DNA of 64,000 bases from Picochlorum sp. SENEW3 (Eukaryota). The notes beneath the pieces are model-generated. The model saw nothing but the letters and a program-made list of their open reading frames with translations. It did not search any database and was not told where the DNA came from. The stretch spans positions 248,001 to 312,000 of the forward strand of contig CP120453.1 in the NCBI GenBank assembly GCA_034226945.1, given 5' to 3'. Made by a program: the position numbers and the translations under genes. Of this stretch, positions 9,550-23,357 are shown piece after piece. The stretch's first letter is position 1; each line of letters begins with the position of its first letter.

Positions 9550-11615
9550 AATCTTTTGCATCATTGTCTTCTTCTATACGTTTATATTCATCTGTAGTCG
9601 CATTACAAGTCGATTTTGACCAAGAGAGTCTCACATCTCCAAACATATCTTCTATGTCCGGTCAAACGTTCCTTTTGATGCGATACATTTACCGTCTCAG
9701 GGAAAGCTTCCCACGATCCCTTTAAAAAGAGCCTTTGACAGGGGCTGTCAATCGAATTCGCGAATTTGAATTTACCCGCCTTGAAGGACAGACTATTCGA
9801 GAATCAATCAGCAAAACTCCGCCATCATGAGGCACTCCAGCATGTAATAGTCCTCCAATTCATACCATATATCCAACAACAGTAGTAACTATTCTCTGTT
9901 TAGGTACCGACTGTCTTTTCTTCTTCTCAAGTGTTGAGAGTAGAGCAGAGTAGTCGAACGCAAAGTCAACTTCAAACCGAAACTCTTGTACGTGCAATCG
10001 TATGTGCTTAGTAACACATATATATGTATATATTTGGCTGGAATCTATTTTTTCAAGCTGATCACCGCTCGAAACGGTTTCAACCGCGCGGTTGCGAGCG
10101 ACATCTACTACTCGATCAGCTCGAATCAACAATTCTGTCACAAACACTTTGTCGCGGCTTGTTCTATCAAATTCACAACGATTTATAGACATATTGCTAT
10201 TTCCGATATGCAGAGGCAACGGTGATATAGCATAGAGTGCTTTTCGGGTTTTTCTTGCTTTCTTTTTCTCTCAAAACGAACGAACCATGGCCAGCAACGA
10301 CAGTTTCCAAGAAACTTGCGAAAGAAAATCCAAGGATGGCCGCCAAATCGAACTGATTCGGATATTATGGATGGTATGCGATGCGGTTGAGGTCCGAGGG
10401 GGCTTTGATGCGACAATCATAGACTACAGTCTTCCTAGGAACATCAGACGACTGCCTCTTTTCCGTTATACAATCACCACTAGGGTGGCAATGGAACCGG
10501 CGATTGTCAATCAGAGAGTAACAAGAGCGATAAAAGAGCACATGGGTGATATAGATATAGCATATCGTTTGCCCAGACAAATTACAGGGAAATAGCACAG
10601 AAACACACATATTTCTTATTGTTTCACCAACGGGTCTCAACTATTCATTGGAGAAATTCCTATCCAGTAATGATGAAGCCAAAGATGCACTTTCAATAGT
10701 GTACAACGCATCAAAAGACACGAGCGCATCCTGGAAAAAACTGACGCCTACAGCGTGGGTTAACATACGTTTCCAGGTAGGTGCTTACATTCTGTGCAGT
10801 GCTAGCTATCAGGATCTCGCAGAGAATAAGAACTGGAAGCAGCTGGAAAAGAGTTTAGAGAGAAGCTTGAGCGAAAGTGTGGAAAGTGACAGCCAGGATG
10901 GCTTTTTCATGGAGAGTTATGATCCATTTGCTGAGGCAGATCCCTTCAGGTTCGACAACGGTGAAAATCGTTCCCTATAATCCCGATGATCGCATGTGCA
11001 TGATTTCTGAGAAGAGGAATACACTAAAAATTCAGTGAGTGAGTGGAAAGAGTACATGTGCGGTCATGGTGATGAATATCATCAAGGGGATGGCAGAGCC
11101 TGCTCGAATCTTTAGATCGATAGTCCATGATAGTATACTTGTAGTTATGCGCCGCGGTATCTAGTCTAGATATATATAGTAGCAGGGTGGTTTCTGGCAA
11201 TGATTTCTCTTCTGGGTATGAATCATTAACACTGAATTATTTCATGCACTGTTCGTACTTTATTATTCAACTTCTCGCTGTTTTATTTTTTCCCTCCTTT
11301 TTTTCTTGTAAGTAGCGAGTGTAGTATATCGGGGCTTCCTTTTATCTCCGTATCCTTCCTCTTTTTTTATTTTCTTCCTGTGTGGCACTGTTATCTTGGT
11401 TGTCTGTGTTGGGCGAGATGAGGAGCACAGGGACAAAGGGAAGCCCCGTGTACATGATGATCTACATTATTTCTTCGGCCTAAACTCGATGCGATCAAGT
11501 ACTATTACCGAGCAGAAAAAAACCAAAAAAACACTAGTAGTCTTACAGCAGCAAAATACGAAATCAATACACCCCAGGGGAAAAGAAGAAGAAGAAGGCA
11601 TGCATACATACTCTA

Positions 11616-13934
11616 CTAGGCAGAGTTCTTCTTGTGTGAGACACATCGTGCCATTGTTTTACTGGCTCGACTGATGGCATCCGTCTGATAAAACTGGCTG
11701 ATTGAGGTCTTCAGTGGGTTGCTGTTGTCTACTTTTGTCTTCTTTGCCTTTTCTGCAGCAAGCTTGGCATACTCTCCTCTGGAGAACAGAGATGACAGGG
11801 CTGGCTGGACAGTACCAGTAGAGACCAAGTGTGGTGCAACCTGAGCCAATCGTTGACGCATCTCGTCCAATGAGTTCACTGGCAAGGTATGGCCGCACAC
11901 CTCACTGAGGGCTCTAATAATCTCCCAATCATTCCTAGCCTGTGCAATAGGTGCCACTGCATTCTTTGTTGTCTGGGCACGTCCCTCTGTATTCACATAT
12001 GTGGCATACTTTTCCGTGTATGCAGCGCCTGGAAGAACAATATCGGCGCGTGATGCACCTCTATCTCCATGGTGACCCTGATAAATCACAAACGCATCTG
12101 CAGGGACGTCCTTTTCATCAAAATCATCAGAGCCAAGAAGGTAGACAACCTTGGGGTCCTCCTGTTGCATTCTTGCCTTCACACTTGGAATGAATCCAAC
12201 ATCCAATGCAGTCACACTCGAAGCAGTGTCATGAAGGATATTCAGACCCGACCAATCATCTCTCACCACACCTGCCTTGTCCACAAGCTTGTGAACCTTG
12301 GCCATGACAGCGTCTCTATCATCTCGCCTGAGAACCCCAGACCCAACAATAACCACAGGGTTTGATGCCCCACGCAAACGCTTGCACCATTCAGATGTTG
12401 TCTTTGAAATTGCATCGAGAGCGCTTGCCGTGTCACCCAGATGCTCATATGGATATGTGAGATCCACCTCTGAACCAACAACTCCAACTGGAACACCATA
12501 CATGGCTTGTGCACGGATTCTAGCATTCAATACAGGACCCTCCACCCTTGGGTTCGTTCCAATCAACAATATAGCATCCGCCTCATCAATACCGCTCAGT
12601 GTTGAATTGAACACATACGATCCACGGAGATCTGCATCCATATCCCCATATCCACTCTCATGCCTCACATTCCCACAACCCATCCTATTCATCAAATCCT
12701 TCAACGCCACCATAGACTCAGCGTCTGACAGCTTGCCTGCAATAGCTCTCATCGAATGCCCTGGAGTCTTGGCCAACACATCACGCACTGCAGACAGTGC
12801 CGTCTGCCATTCACATTCCTCCAAATGCCCTTGTGCATTCTTCACCATTGGACTCACCAAGCGCTGATACCGAAGCCCATCAAATTGATATCGAGTCTTA
12901 TCCGATATCCACTCCTGATTAATGCTCTCATTCAAACGAGGCAGGATTCTCATCACTTCATTTCCACGAGCATCCAAACGGATATTCGACCCCAACCCAT
13001 CACTCGTATCAATACTATCCGTGCTCCTCAACTCCCAGCTTCGATACGTAAACGCAGTAGGTTTGGACGTCAATGCACCCACCGGGCACAAATCCACCAC
13101 ATTCCCAGACAACTCAGACTCCATTGTCTTCTCCACATACGTCCCAATCTCTGCATCCCTCCCTCTCCCAGTAATGCCCAGATCCTCAATCCCAGCAACC
13201 TCCTTTGCAAAACGTACACAACGAGTACAATGAATACATCTGGTCATCACCGTCTTCACCAACGGCCCGAGATTCTTATCCTGAACCGCCCTCTTCACCT
13301 CTGTAAACCTGCTCCTATCAGACCCAAACACCATGGCCTGATCCTGCAAATCACACTCCCCACCCTGATCGCAAATCGGACAATCGAGAGGATGATTCGC
13401 CAACAAAAACTCCATCACACCCTCCCGAGCCTTCTTCACGAGAGGCGTATCCGTCTTGATGTTCATCCCAGGGTTGGCAGGCATGGCACACGACGCCACG
13501 GGTTTTGGCGATTTCTCCACCTCGACCAAACACATACGACAATTTCCAGCAATTGATAATCGCTGATGATAGCAAAATCTGCACAACCACGAGATACCGC
13601 ATGAGGACATCCTTCCCAGACTCAATCCCACAGAGTTGAAGACACTCGGCATCTTCTACCAACATATGAAAAAACCATACCTCGGGATATCCACACCGCC
13701 AGCTTCGCATGCCTGAAGGACATTGGACCCCTTTGGAACAGACACAGGTCGCCCATTCACAATGACCTCGACCATGTCTTCCTTCTCCACCGGTGCAGCC
13801 TCAGGCTGCGCAGAGAAACATCGACTATCAAATACAACCCCTCCATCATATTTTCCAAGCAGAGATGACCGAAGCAACGTCGCTCCCTTTCCCTGCCGAG
13901 CAGATGATCGCAGCAAGGCCTCGAGGCGCTGCAT
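11616..13934 (-). CDS. NDUFS1: NADH:ubiquinone oxidoreductase 75 kDa subunit; intron 13579-13680
   Basis: Splicing gives [23 protein letters not shown]; Fe-S motifs [19 protein letters not shown] and [18 protein letters not shown] intron. Confidence 0.96.
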
Positions 13935-14200
13935 TATTCTTCTTCGACGGTTTTCCAATATTAATAATAATAGCTATACAAATACTAACTACTTATGAGA
14001 ATTCTGCTGCTGCTGCTGCTAGAGGATTACCAAGAAGATTTCTTCTTTCTGTAGCAGAAAAAAACAACAAGATCTCAGATCTTGTCTTCTCTAGAGAGAG
14101 AGAGAGAGAGATGTACTACTTGAAAGAATGAGTAAACTTTGCACATCTACTCCTAATAATCATTATTACATTACTATGTGTCATCATAATAATATCATGA

Positions 14201-15166
14201 TCATGGCATGTATGGATCATCCTGTGCTGTTTGATTAATGTTTGATACCACTCGCATGGACGGAGGCAGGTCATTATTCACAATCTCAAAATTCTTCCTC
14301 TCCTCTCTCTCTTTGGCATCCTTCCTGATGCGAGCATTCAATGATGTTAATATCCGTAACACGACAGTCGCGGGGTCTGCAGCCGCATCATCATCACCCG
14401 TCCCCTCCAAAGACACGGTCAGATCTGCATAGGCATACTGGGACCTCCGCGCCTCCAACAATGCCTCCAATCTGCCAACCGTCGCATCAAATATCTCCTC
14501 CTCTGACATCGTCTCTGCCCCATCTATAGCAACCAAAGGCCTATCATTGGATGAATCCCGCAGCACACGCTGCGCCAACATGGCCGGACGGCCATCCAAC
14601 CATATAGAAATACCAGTCTGCATGTGCCCCCAGTTCTGACTCTTGCAAGCAGCGCCACCTCCCGTCGCCACAACACACCGAGCAAAAGGCGCTATTTCCT
14701 GCAACACTTCCGTCTCAAGCACTCTGAAATCCTCCTCCCCGTCCTCTGCGAAAATATCAGCCACGCTCTTTCCAGCCAATTGCTCAATCAGAGAATCAGA
14801 GTCCAAAAAGCAGTACCCCAGAGCCTGACCAAGCATTTTACCCACAGTCGATTTCCCAGTCCCCATCATCCCCACAAGAAATAGACTTGTCCCTTGAAGG
14901 TGTTCAACAGCCTCAGCTGCCTCCTTTTCAATCGACTGAGACAAGGCAGCGTAGGCTTGATTCCCGGCCCTCAGCTTTTCTTCCTCATCCTCCTCCTGAC
15001 TGGATGCATACAGCCGTGTAATCTTATTCCATGTATGCAATTTCGAAGGAAAATGCAGTCCTCTTGGGCAATGCTGTCTATAGTGTCTGTTACTACAGAC
15101 ATGCGTCGAATGGCTCCATGCGGTTCGCCGTGGCACTCCTACTCTTCCCTGTAGCATCACCATCAA
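14201..15166 (-). CDS. Shikimate kinase, plastid-targeted
   Basis: P-loop LVGMMGTGKSTVG, DSD, FR..E and VVATGGG motifs; transit-like N-terminus. Confidence 0.92.
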   Translation of the reverse strand: MMVMLQGRVGVPRRTAWSHSTHVCSNRHYRQHCPRGLHFPSKLHTWNKITRLYASSQEEDEEEKLRAGNQAYAALSQSIEKEAAEAVEHLQGTSLFLVGMMGTGKSTVGKMLGQALGYCFLDSDSLIEQLAGKSVADIFAEDGEEDFRVLETEVLQEIAPFARCVVATGGGAACKSQNWGHMQTGISIWLDGRPAMLAQRVLRDSSNDRPLVAIDGAETMSEEEIFDATVGRLEALLEARRSQYAYADLTVSLEGTGDDDAAADPATVVLRILTSLNARIRKDAKEREERKNFEIVNNDLPPSMRVVSNINQTAQDDPYMP

Positions 15167-15230
15167 TGTATCTTATATAACTATAAAGATAATATTAAAA
15201 AATCATCGCTATGCTCTCTGGCTGATATAA

Positions 15231-15554
15231 TTAATCATGCCCTGCCTCCTCCCTCTGTACTACTACTAACATGGCCTTTATCTTTTGAAGAATATCAGCT
15301 TTTATATGATCAGGCACCCGTGTCTTTGCATCACTCTGTACACCAGCAACCAATGCCGATTGTTTCGGAATCCCTGTAGACTCTGCATTGTTGTTCATCA
15401 TCATCAAACAGGTGTGCCTAACAGCATCCACCCACCCACTCTGTTCCAACGTCTCTCTGGCAGCGCATTTCACCTGAATCCATTCCTTGGATTGTTTCAC
15501 AGTGTTTCCGGATGTGTCATCCTGTTGGTCATCGTCACCGCTGCTCGTGGCCAT
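15231..15554 (-). CDS. ENY2/Sus1-like transcription and mRNA export factor
   Basis: LEQSGWVDAVRHTC and VPDHIKADILQKIK resemble the EnY2 family; likely start MATSSG at 15554. Confidence 0.7.
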   Translation of the reverse strand: MATSSGDDDQQDDTSGNTVKQSKEWIQVKCAARETLEQSGWVDAVRHTCLMMMNNNAESTGIPKQSALVAGVQSDAKTRVPDHIKADILQKIKAMLVVVQREEAGHD

Positions 15555-15878
15555 GTTGTTGTTTTCCAGCGTGTCTACCTTCTGAACAACAACAGTAACG
15601 AATGAGGAATGTCTATGTGTATAGATCCATATCTTTGAATAATAAGGAATATATGTTTTATGTGAAAGAACAGAATCCTTTCCGCATGAAACAACAACAA
15701 CAACAAGACAACAGTACCATGTCTTTTTGGGGGGGCATTCGATTCGATTCGATTCAATCACGTGCTCCCAGCGCAACAGTTACCTGATTCACATTGCTAT
15801 TCTTGGATGAATATTATTACTACTAGTACTAATAGAGAATACTAATAATAATAGATATAGTGTCCTCAAAAGCAACAA

Positions 15879-16982
15879 TCAAATACTCCATGCAACAGCT
15901 TGCTTTGTCATCTTGTATCGAGCATGATCATCCTCCCACCACGGATGCCCATCCGCTGGGACAATAGCATATGGGTTGAGCGTGGGATGGCTGGCAAAGT
16001 AGTGATGTTTAATGTGCTTCATGTTGACACTGTGTCGAATCTCTGGCACCGAATAGAGATCCCTCACATAGTCTGACAAGGCTGGGTATTCCCTGATGGT
16101 CTTATTTGATGTTTTGAAATACACGACGTAGACCGTATCGAATCGAATGAGGGTGACAAACAGACGGATATCTGTTTCAGTGATGGTATCCCCGCAGAGA
16201 TACCTGGATCGCGTGAGTATGTCTTCACAGCGATCCAGAGCAGCAAACAGCTCTGCATTCGCCTCATCATACGCCTCCTGTGATTTCGCAAACCCGCATC
16301 GATAGACACCGTTATTGATCGACTCGTATACCATATCGTTTGTCGTATTGATGGATTCTCTCAGATCAGGAGGGTAGAGATCCAGGGATGCCTTGTGGGG
16401 ATCATCAATCAGCTGGTTGAATGATGCATTCAGCATTCTCACTATATCCGCAGATTCGTTATTCACAATCGTTCGAGTCACAGAATCGAACAAGACTGGA
16501 ACGGTGTATTTACCGTTGGTATCCCCGCTCATCTCGTACAAATCGCGAATATACGTGACCCCATCCAGGTGGAGCGGATCTGGAATACATCCCTCGCAGG
16601 AAAAACTCCCATATCCTGCTGGATTTGCCTTTGGAGGATCATCTGGATCCGCAAACTGCCAGCCTGTGTGAGAATCCTTGTCCGGATTCGTTCGACCCCA
16701 CACGGGGTGCACAATAGACAGTTGAATGACGCTCTCCAACCCCTTCATATAGTACACTGCCAGGCATCGACATGCCCATGGGCAGGCAAGGGAGATGTAC
16801 AAACAATACCTATTCTTCTCCACTGGGTGCGCATCTCCACCGACAATGTCTCTATATGCTGAAGGTTTGCGTTTGAATGCCCCTGTGGATGTATCAACTT
16901 CATCCAAGGCTGTTCTTCTTCTTCCTAGCGTTGCGTCCAGCTGCACTTGTTCTTCTTCTTGTTGGGGAATGGTAGAACCCAT
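15879..16982 (-). CDS. Glutathionyl-hydroquinone reductase (GST Xi/ECM4/YqjG family)
   Basis: RYCLYISLACPWA, TVPVL, IVNNESADI, INNGVYRCGFA and IRFDTVY motifs. Confidence 0.93.
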   Translation of the reverse strand: MGSTIPQQEEEQVQLDATLGRRRTALDEVDTSTGAFKRKPSAYRDIVGGDAHPVEKNRYCLYISLACPWACRCLAVYYMKGLESVIQLSIVHPVWGRTNPDKDSHTGWQFADPDDPPKANPAGYGSFSCEGCIPDPLHLDGVTYIRDLYEMSGDTNGKYTVPVLFDSVTRTIVNNESADIVRMLNASFNQLIDDPHKASLDLYPPDLRESINTTNDMVYESINNGVYRCGFAKSQEAYDEANAELFAALDRCEDILTRSRYLCGDTITETDIRLFVTLIRFDTVYVVYFKTSNKTIREYPALSDYVRDLYSVPEIRHSVNMKHIKHHYFASHPTLNPYAIVPADGHPWWEDDHARYKMTKQAVAWSI

Positions 16983-17403
16983 GCTGCTGCTGCTGTGTAC
17001 ATATATATAATAAGATTTCTACGTATCTCATGCCTCAAGTAGAGGACGCAGGCAGTGGAGACTGCGATTTGAACAGCATCTTGGAGTCCTTGATTAAATA
17101 CATTACATACACATATCTGACCCAAGGCAATGAGAACGGTCAAGCAACCAATCTGACCGCAAAAAGCGTGTGAGGATATCTTTGTAGAGAAATCTCTTGC
17201 ATCTCTTTTTTTTCCTCGTGGATCCGGTACAATGTGTCTCAATACGTACTACTACTAAAAGGTATCCTCATACCCAACAGAAAATTACTTTAGCTTTATG
17301 TACATGAATCAGTTTGCATTATAGAGAAGAGACAGGGAAACAAAAACAAAGAATCGCGTCCAACGCGACTCAATGAATACTAATTACCCAGTCGACAAGC
17401 ACA

Positions 17404-18897
17404 ATGAATGGTAAAGGAAACGGTCGACACCCAAATCCATCGTATCAGATTGGAAATGTGGATTTGACATCGAATACACCGGAACAGTTGTTGAATTTCC
17501 CGGAAGAGTGCGTGGTGGAATTGAGGGACACGTCAATTGTTGTATTTCATGATGCTGACGCTCTATGGCTGTGTTGCAGGTTGTATAACGTTGATGATTT
17601 TTTTACAAGCTATGTGAATGAGCTCTCGAGGGCGAGGCAGCACGGGACGCCTGCTGTGGGTGGGGATGGGAATGGTCGGGGTGTGAAGCGAGGGTTGGAC
17701 CAGCCCGTCATGGTGGATGCACCGACATCTGTGGAGGCGATGCCTGTGGATATACAGCATGAAAAACAGCAAGGGAATGGCAAGTCTGGGAGGCAACAGG
17801 CTGCGAATAAGGTGGCGCAACAGCGGTATAGGGAGCGGAAGAAGCAAAAGTATGCAGAGATGGAGAAGACTGTGGCAGAGTTGAAGGCGCAATTGGCGGA
17901 TTTGCATGCACTGACGAGGAGGAATAGTATGCTTGAGCAGATGAATTCGGCGTTGCAGTCGCAAGTGGTGGCAAAGGAGACTGAGCTTGAGAGGTTGAAG
18001 GCGTCATTGGATGCGCAGTCGGATGCGTCATTGTTGAATTCGTCTGCGGGGAATGGGTCAGAGGAGATGAAGAAGAATGGTCCGTGTGGGGAGGGGGCGT
18101 GTGGGCCGTGCGATGTGTTGCCACGGGATTTGAATGGGATTGATTTTCAGACTGGGTTTGCTGATCAGATTGCGGCATTGAGGGCCTTTATGAAGGAGAA
18201 GGAGATTACAGATGACGTAGAAGAGAAACATCTGAAGAAGGAGGATTATGATACGCTTGCATCGTTGGTGGGTCGGTGTTGTCAGTTGTGTCAGGCGGCG
18301 ATTCGTGCAGAGGGTGTGCGGGTGCTGGATCTGATCAAGGGTAGTATGGAGGAGTGGGAGAACAAGGGTGGTGATCCGAAATGGGACGAGGCATTAGATC
18401 GGATTAAAGTGCGTCAGGATCAGGAGAGGGAAATGTTGCTACTGAGGGATAGCCATTTGGTGAAGATGCAAGAGATCTACTCCGAGCGAGAGCAGTTGAA
18501 TCTGGATGCGATTGCCATGATGCTTCCGCATTCATCCAGAGAGCCAGAAAAAGATATGACGGTGAAGGGTCGTCTGACATCCATGTCTCGAGGAACATAT
18601 TTGCCGTTGGCAAGGAATAATGCTGAATTAAATGAGATATTGGAGAAGATTAAGCAGAATTTGCGACGAGAGCAGCGTGCCATGATGGAATTAAACTGCT
18701 GTACAATCTCCCAGATTTTGACGCCGTTACAGGCGGCGCGATACATGACGACAGTGTATCCATTGCATTGTGATGCACTGGCCTTGTCAAATGCTTTGTC
18801 AAGACGAGCTACTATGAATGTGAAAAACTCCCAGGGACCTGGATCAAGCCACAGCAATGAAGGGGCAGCGGGGAATTGCTCCACTGCCTGTTGTTAG
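17404..18897 (+). CDS. bZIP transcription factor (possible in-frame intron near 17508-17579)
   Basis: Basic region ANKVAQQRYRERKK followed by a heptad zipper. Confidence 0.8.
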   Translation: MNGKGNGRHPNPSYQIGNVDLTSNTPEQLLNFPEECVVELRDTSIVVFHDADALWLCCRLYNVDDFFTSYVNELSRARQHGTPAVGGDGNGRGVKRGLDQPVMVDAPTSVEAMPVDIQHEKQQGNGKSGRQQAANKVAQQRYRERKKQKYAEMEKTVAELKAQLADLHALTRRNSMLEQMNSALQSQVVAKETELERLKASLDAQSDASLLNSSAGNGSEEMKKNGPCGEGACGPCDVLPRDLNGIDFQTGFADQIAALRAFMKEKEITDDVEEKHLKKEDYDTLASLVGRCCQLCQAAIRAEGVRVLDLIKGSMEEWENKGGDPKWDEALDRIKVRQDQEREMLLLRDSHLVKMQEIYSEREQLNLDAIAMMLPHSSREPEKDMTVKGRLTSMSRGTYLPLARNNAELNEILEKIKQNLRREQRAMMELNCCTISQILTPLQAARYMTTVYPLHCDALALSNALSRRATMNVKNSQGPGSSHSNEGAAGNCSTACC

Positions 18898-19010
18898 ACG
18901 TAAACGTAAACTTTTTGTTCCACGGTTGATCGTGAGGATGATGGAAATGAAAAATAAAGAAGAAAAAGAGTATTTTTTATTGTTTAGATACCGTAGTATT
19001 ACATGTATGT

Positions 19011-22000
19011 TTACTCGTTGGTGATGTGATGAATTTGCGTATCAATCCCATGGATCCATCCCTGTTGTGAAAAGTATCCAAGGATGGTATCAAACAGGGT
19101 GAGATTCTTCAAGGTGGATGAATCCCCGATGAGAACAAGTTTTGACTTTGCTCGTGTGATGGCAACATTGACTCGCCTGGCATCGTCCAGAAGTTTGCCT
19201 GGTGCTCGTGTGTCATTGGAGCGAACCAATGATACGATTACCATGTCCTTATCTTTGCCTTGTGCCTTATCAATGGTCAAACACTCGACGCCAAGGTTTT
19301 TATTCCGAACTTTGTCGATCAAAAGTGACACCTGACTTCTATATGGAGATATGACGGCCATGGATTCCTCTGGTACACCTGCAGAACGGGCCATCTCAAT
19401 GAGTGTCATGGCAATGTTTGCCTCACCGTGATTCTCCACTGCCTCTCCTCTTGACAACTCTCTACATGCAGCTGCTTTTGTGTCTAAAAATACGACCGAG
19501 TTTTTCGGTTCAAGTGCTTGATACATCCATGCTGGTTGATCGTTTGGTATGCTCTGCATGCTGAGTTGAAGTTGGGACTCTGCCACCTCATTGGTTCCAC
19601 ACTGGAGTGCACCACTGTACACGAATGTATTGGAGATGCTCTGAATATCTTTTGACATTCTGTATTGTTTTGAAAGAGTCACGACAGCCCCTGGGTGCGC
19701 TTCAGCAAGGCGCGCAAATAGAGGAATTCCAAAGCCACCTTCCTCGGCAACCGGGTTTGACACAAGGGGTGGCAGCTGGTGGTGATCACCCACGAGTACA
19801 AATCGGTTTGCCTTTGTTAGTGGACCTAAAATTGCTGGCACTGTTATCTGCCCGGCTTCATCCACGATGCACACGTCAAAGTCGCATCGCCTCAAAAGTG
19901 GATCTGTGATCCCCAGTGCCGAGACGCCAACCACTGGTGTGGATTTCATTAATGCATCAAAGTCCTCCGCGGTCTTTGCATTGTAGTGCGGTCCAGTTGG
20001 AAGGAAATTTACTAGGCCTTTATGAACTCGACCTTGTCGTCCGATTCGCACAAAATTGCTAAACCCTTGGGCTGCAAGCTTGAGCATGACATGATCTACA
20101 GCAGAGTTTGTGTAGGAAACCAACAGGACTCGCTTACCAATCTTTTCTAGGGCCCTCACCATGGCAATCACTGCAGTAGTTTTACCAGCTCCAGGCACGC
20201 CTAATATCAGAGAGTATTCTTGCTGCGTGAGAGAAATTCTAACTGCTTGCTCTTGCTCCTTGTTCAAGTTGAGATCAGAAACTTGCTCAGCAAGGACTGA
20301 TGCTTGAAAAGATGATAACTCGGAGTCACCATTAGGGGCTCGGAGGTCAACAATGAGCTCTCGAAGTTTTTTCCTCCTTTCATTGAGGCCAGGATTTTGG
20401 ACATTACTGAATAAACCAAACAGAAATGACCGCATTCGAGGAACCGTTGTGGCAACTTCTTCTCTATCCAATCTCCATGTCAAGTCCAACTCAACAATGC
20501 TTTTTCCAGAGTTCTTTGAATCTCCTGAAAGATCAACAACTTTCTTTCGTATGGGTTTGTCTGTGTGTACAATGACCTTGTCATCTTCCACTGCATGCAG
20601 GTGTCCTCTGGATACACCCACAGGTCCATTCTCAATACTAATCATAAGTGGCTCTCCATAGGGCATGGTGCTGGCCAGGATTTTGCCGCCGTTCCGTTTC
20701 ATGAACGTATACAGTCTACCTTTGATATTAAAACCGTTATGGCCTTTGCTGACCCATTCTGCATCCGCCACTTCGACGAGCGAAACATCTGCTATGCATC
20801 TGCCTAAACGCTCCCTTTCTCTGCCTGACATGGACCAAATTTCATGCCTATTTCCTGCGGTTGATTCTCCTTCAATATCAAGAAGTCTATCCCATTTAGC
20901 TAAAAACATCTTATCGCTTTCACTGAGGTGGCCAGTTTCCATGTCATAGGCAGTTTTAAGTTTTTTGTAGGCTGAGCTTGTCTCTGGCAACCCTTCAAGA
21001 AATTCCTCCGCAGTTCCTTTTGAGCGAGATGCATGTGTAAGCGCACACGTGCTTCTTTCGTAGCAATACGTACACATGTGTTTTGTTTGAGAAAGAGGCG
21101 GGAGTTCGGAACGAGCCAGGGCAGCAGCCACATCATTTCTGTTTGCCAAAATGCAAGACAGCAGATTATCATCACGCTTTACCAGAGTCGGGGAGGCCGT
21201 CTCGGACTTGTATAGCAGCATTCCATATGGCACGTGAGATCCATATCTCTCCTCGAGTGCAAGCAAATAGAGAAGTACTTGGGCAGCATCAGTATCTCTT
21301 GGCAAGCCAGACTTGATTTCCAAGGGAGCAAAACTCTCAACAGTTAAAGGGTTCGTCCCGATTGATGGATTTGTAAATTTCGCTTTCAACAAAAAGGTAC
21401 TGTCGATGAAACCTTTGAGTCCATACGAAGGAGATATGATGTACTCTTCAACGTCTGCTATGTCCTGAATGCAGGCAACTGCACTCTGATTGCCAAAACC
21501 ACTGTTTAAGTTGCATTTGTTGTTCGTCGTTGGTTCCTGACGAACAAATCTATTCAAAAAACTGCACGAGAAACATGGACATCAGTTGTATTGGCATGGC
21601 AAACAGCAAGAACCCTCCTCGCAAGGAAACATACCTTAGTGTTGATGGGATGGTCTCGTGAAGCCACGACGAGGCCTCCTCTGCGCTCAGTTCTGAATCA
21701 AGCAACTGCTCAGGCATTGAAGACACAATCTCTTCGATTATACTCTTGATCTGTCCACTTCGTCGATACCCATGTAACAAAGCATGCTGCACTAATTGAT
21801 GATACATCACACCTTTCACAGCTGCTGCAGTTGTCCCCTCACCAGTAATTCTCTCTGATAGATAGCCTTTTCGATGACATGCAGATGACTGCGTGACACG
21901 TGTTCCACCCAATAAAATGTCTGGAAAATGAATCAAGAATCCGGGGTGGCCAATACCAATGGTACAATGTACTTCTGACCCAATCTCATACTGCTCTGCA

Positions 22001-23357
22001 TTAATCAAATTGACTGGATCACCTGCTCTATAATCCCCGCCATCCCAAGGAGACAGGAGGCGAACATGCACCATATTATTCTGCAAAAGATAGATATATG
22101 CCATGACTAACAATGAAATGACATCATTCAATCATACAAAGAACGCACGTATTCGTTTGTCTTCCGCAAGGAAAGCAAATACCCTGAACTATCACATGCA
22201 TATGAGGCAACAGTGCATCTGACCGTGGATATCATCTGGTGCCCCATAGTACCTTGTGCCTGTAATTTTGAAACCTCCTCTCTCTTTACGACATCGGCGG
22301 TGGGTGCTGTATCATGTTCTTTATCCACACCTTCTTCCTTCTTCACAACACCAGGCCTGGCTGCCAGGGCCGCTGCTTCAATGGCATCCAAATCATGGGA
22401 CAGAATGTCTTCGTCAGAATCTGAATCATCACCCCATGACGCTCCAGTAGGAATGACCTCTTCTTTCACAATCGTATTCGTTGTCTCTGTGCGCGTAGCA
22501 TTATTTTTCTCCACAGACATTTCAACATGTGATGCCTCTTGTCTCCCACCAGTCACCATCACATCTTTGCGCTGTTCAGATTTTTTCTCAGACGGCTGTG
22601 TGTGTGTCTTCATCGCCAATATTTTCGACTGCAGCGCATTGCAGCACTTCATGAGAGCGGCAGCAGCAGATTTTTTGTCACGGGGCTTGCTCTTCCCATC
22701 CAACAAAGGAGACTCTCCGACATCCCGCTTCAAACCTGATATTCCCATGGGCTCATCATCTTGACCCTTTTGTCTTTTCCGTGGCCCATGCACAGCCATG
22801 GAAACATCCCCAACCACATGTTCAACATCAGCAATTGTGTACAAATCCTGCAGACCATCTCGTCCACCCTCACCAGCCATGCCCTGCTGCATCACAGGCT
22901 GACTAGACAAGAACTTTTTCTTCGATGACGAAGGAACTGACACCAGGCTTGGCATTCCACCACCAGGGGTCTCCAATCTCCCCTGCCCACCAGAAGCCCT
23001 CCGATCATATGGACTCCCATTCCATACAACCCGTCCAGCATCCCCAAGAAGAATATCTTGTGTTGAAATCCCATCCCTTTCCTCCTCATCCCCCTTGTCT
23101 ACTACACATCCATCCTCCCTCTCAACAACCTGACCAACGTTTTCCACAGGCTGATTCTCCTTGTTCCCAACCTCTTCAACATCCACGACCACCTGCTCAT
23201 CATCCAACAGAGAAATAACAGTCTTATCTTTACTGTTCTGCCCTTTGAGATCAAAGTAATTCAGTATCCCAATCTCAGAGTTCGCAGGAGGATGGCTGTC
23301 GACCTGTTTCTTCGCGTTTGTTCCTGGCTTCCGGGACAATCTCGACCGCCTACCCAT
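19011..23357 (-). CDS. DNA2: DNA replication helicase/nuclease DNA2; introns about 21550-21634 and 22081-22148
   Basis: Nuclease YGLKGFID..LEIKSG; Fe-S Cys motif CTYC..C; SF1 helicase GVPGAGKTT, VDEAGQ, LVGDHHQLPP, QYRM and NVAITRAK. Three ORFs join through GT-AG introns. Confidence 0.92.

Noticed and set aside
9250..9619. Short ORFs overlapping the tRNA
   Set aside because: They are incidental translations of tRNA sequence and AT-rich flanks.
17029..17172. 47-codon ORF (MPQVEDAG...) upstream of the bZIP gene, possible uORF
   Set aside because: No motif or conservation evidence; it may lie outside the transcript.
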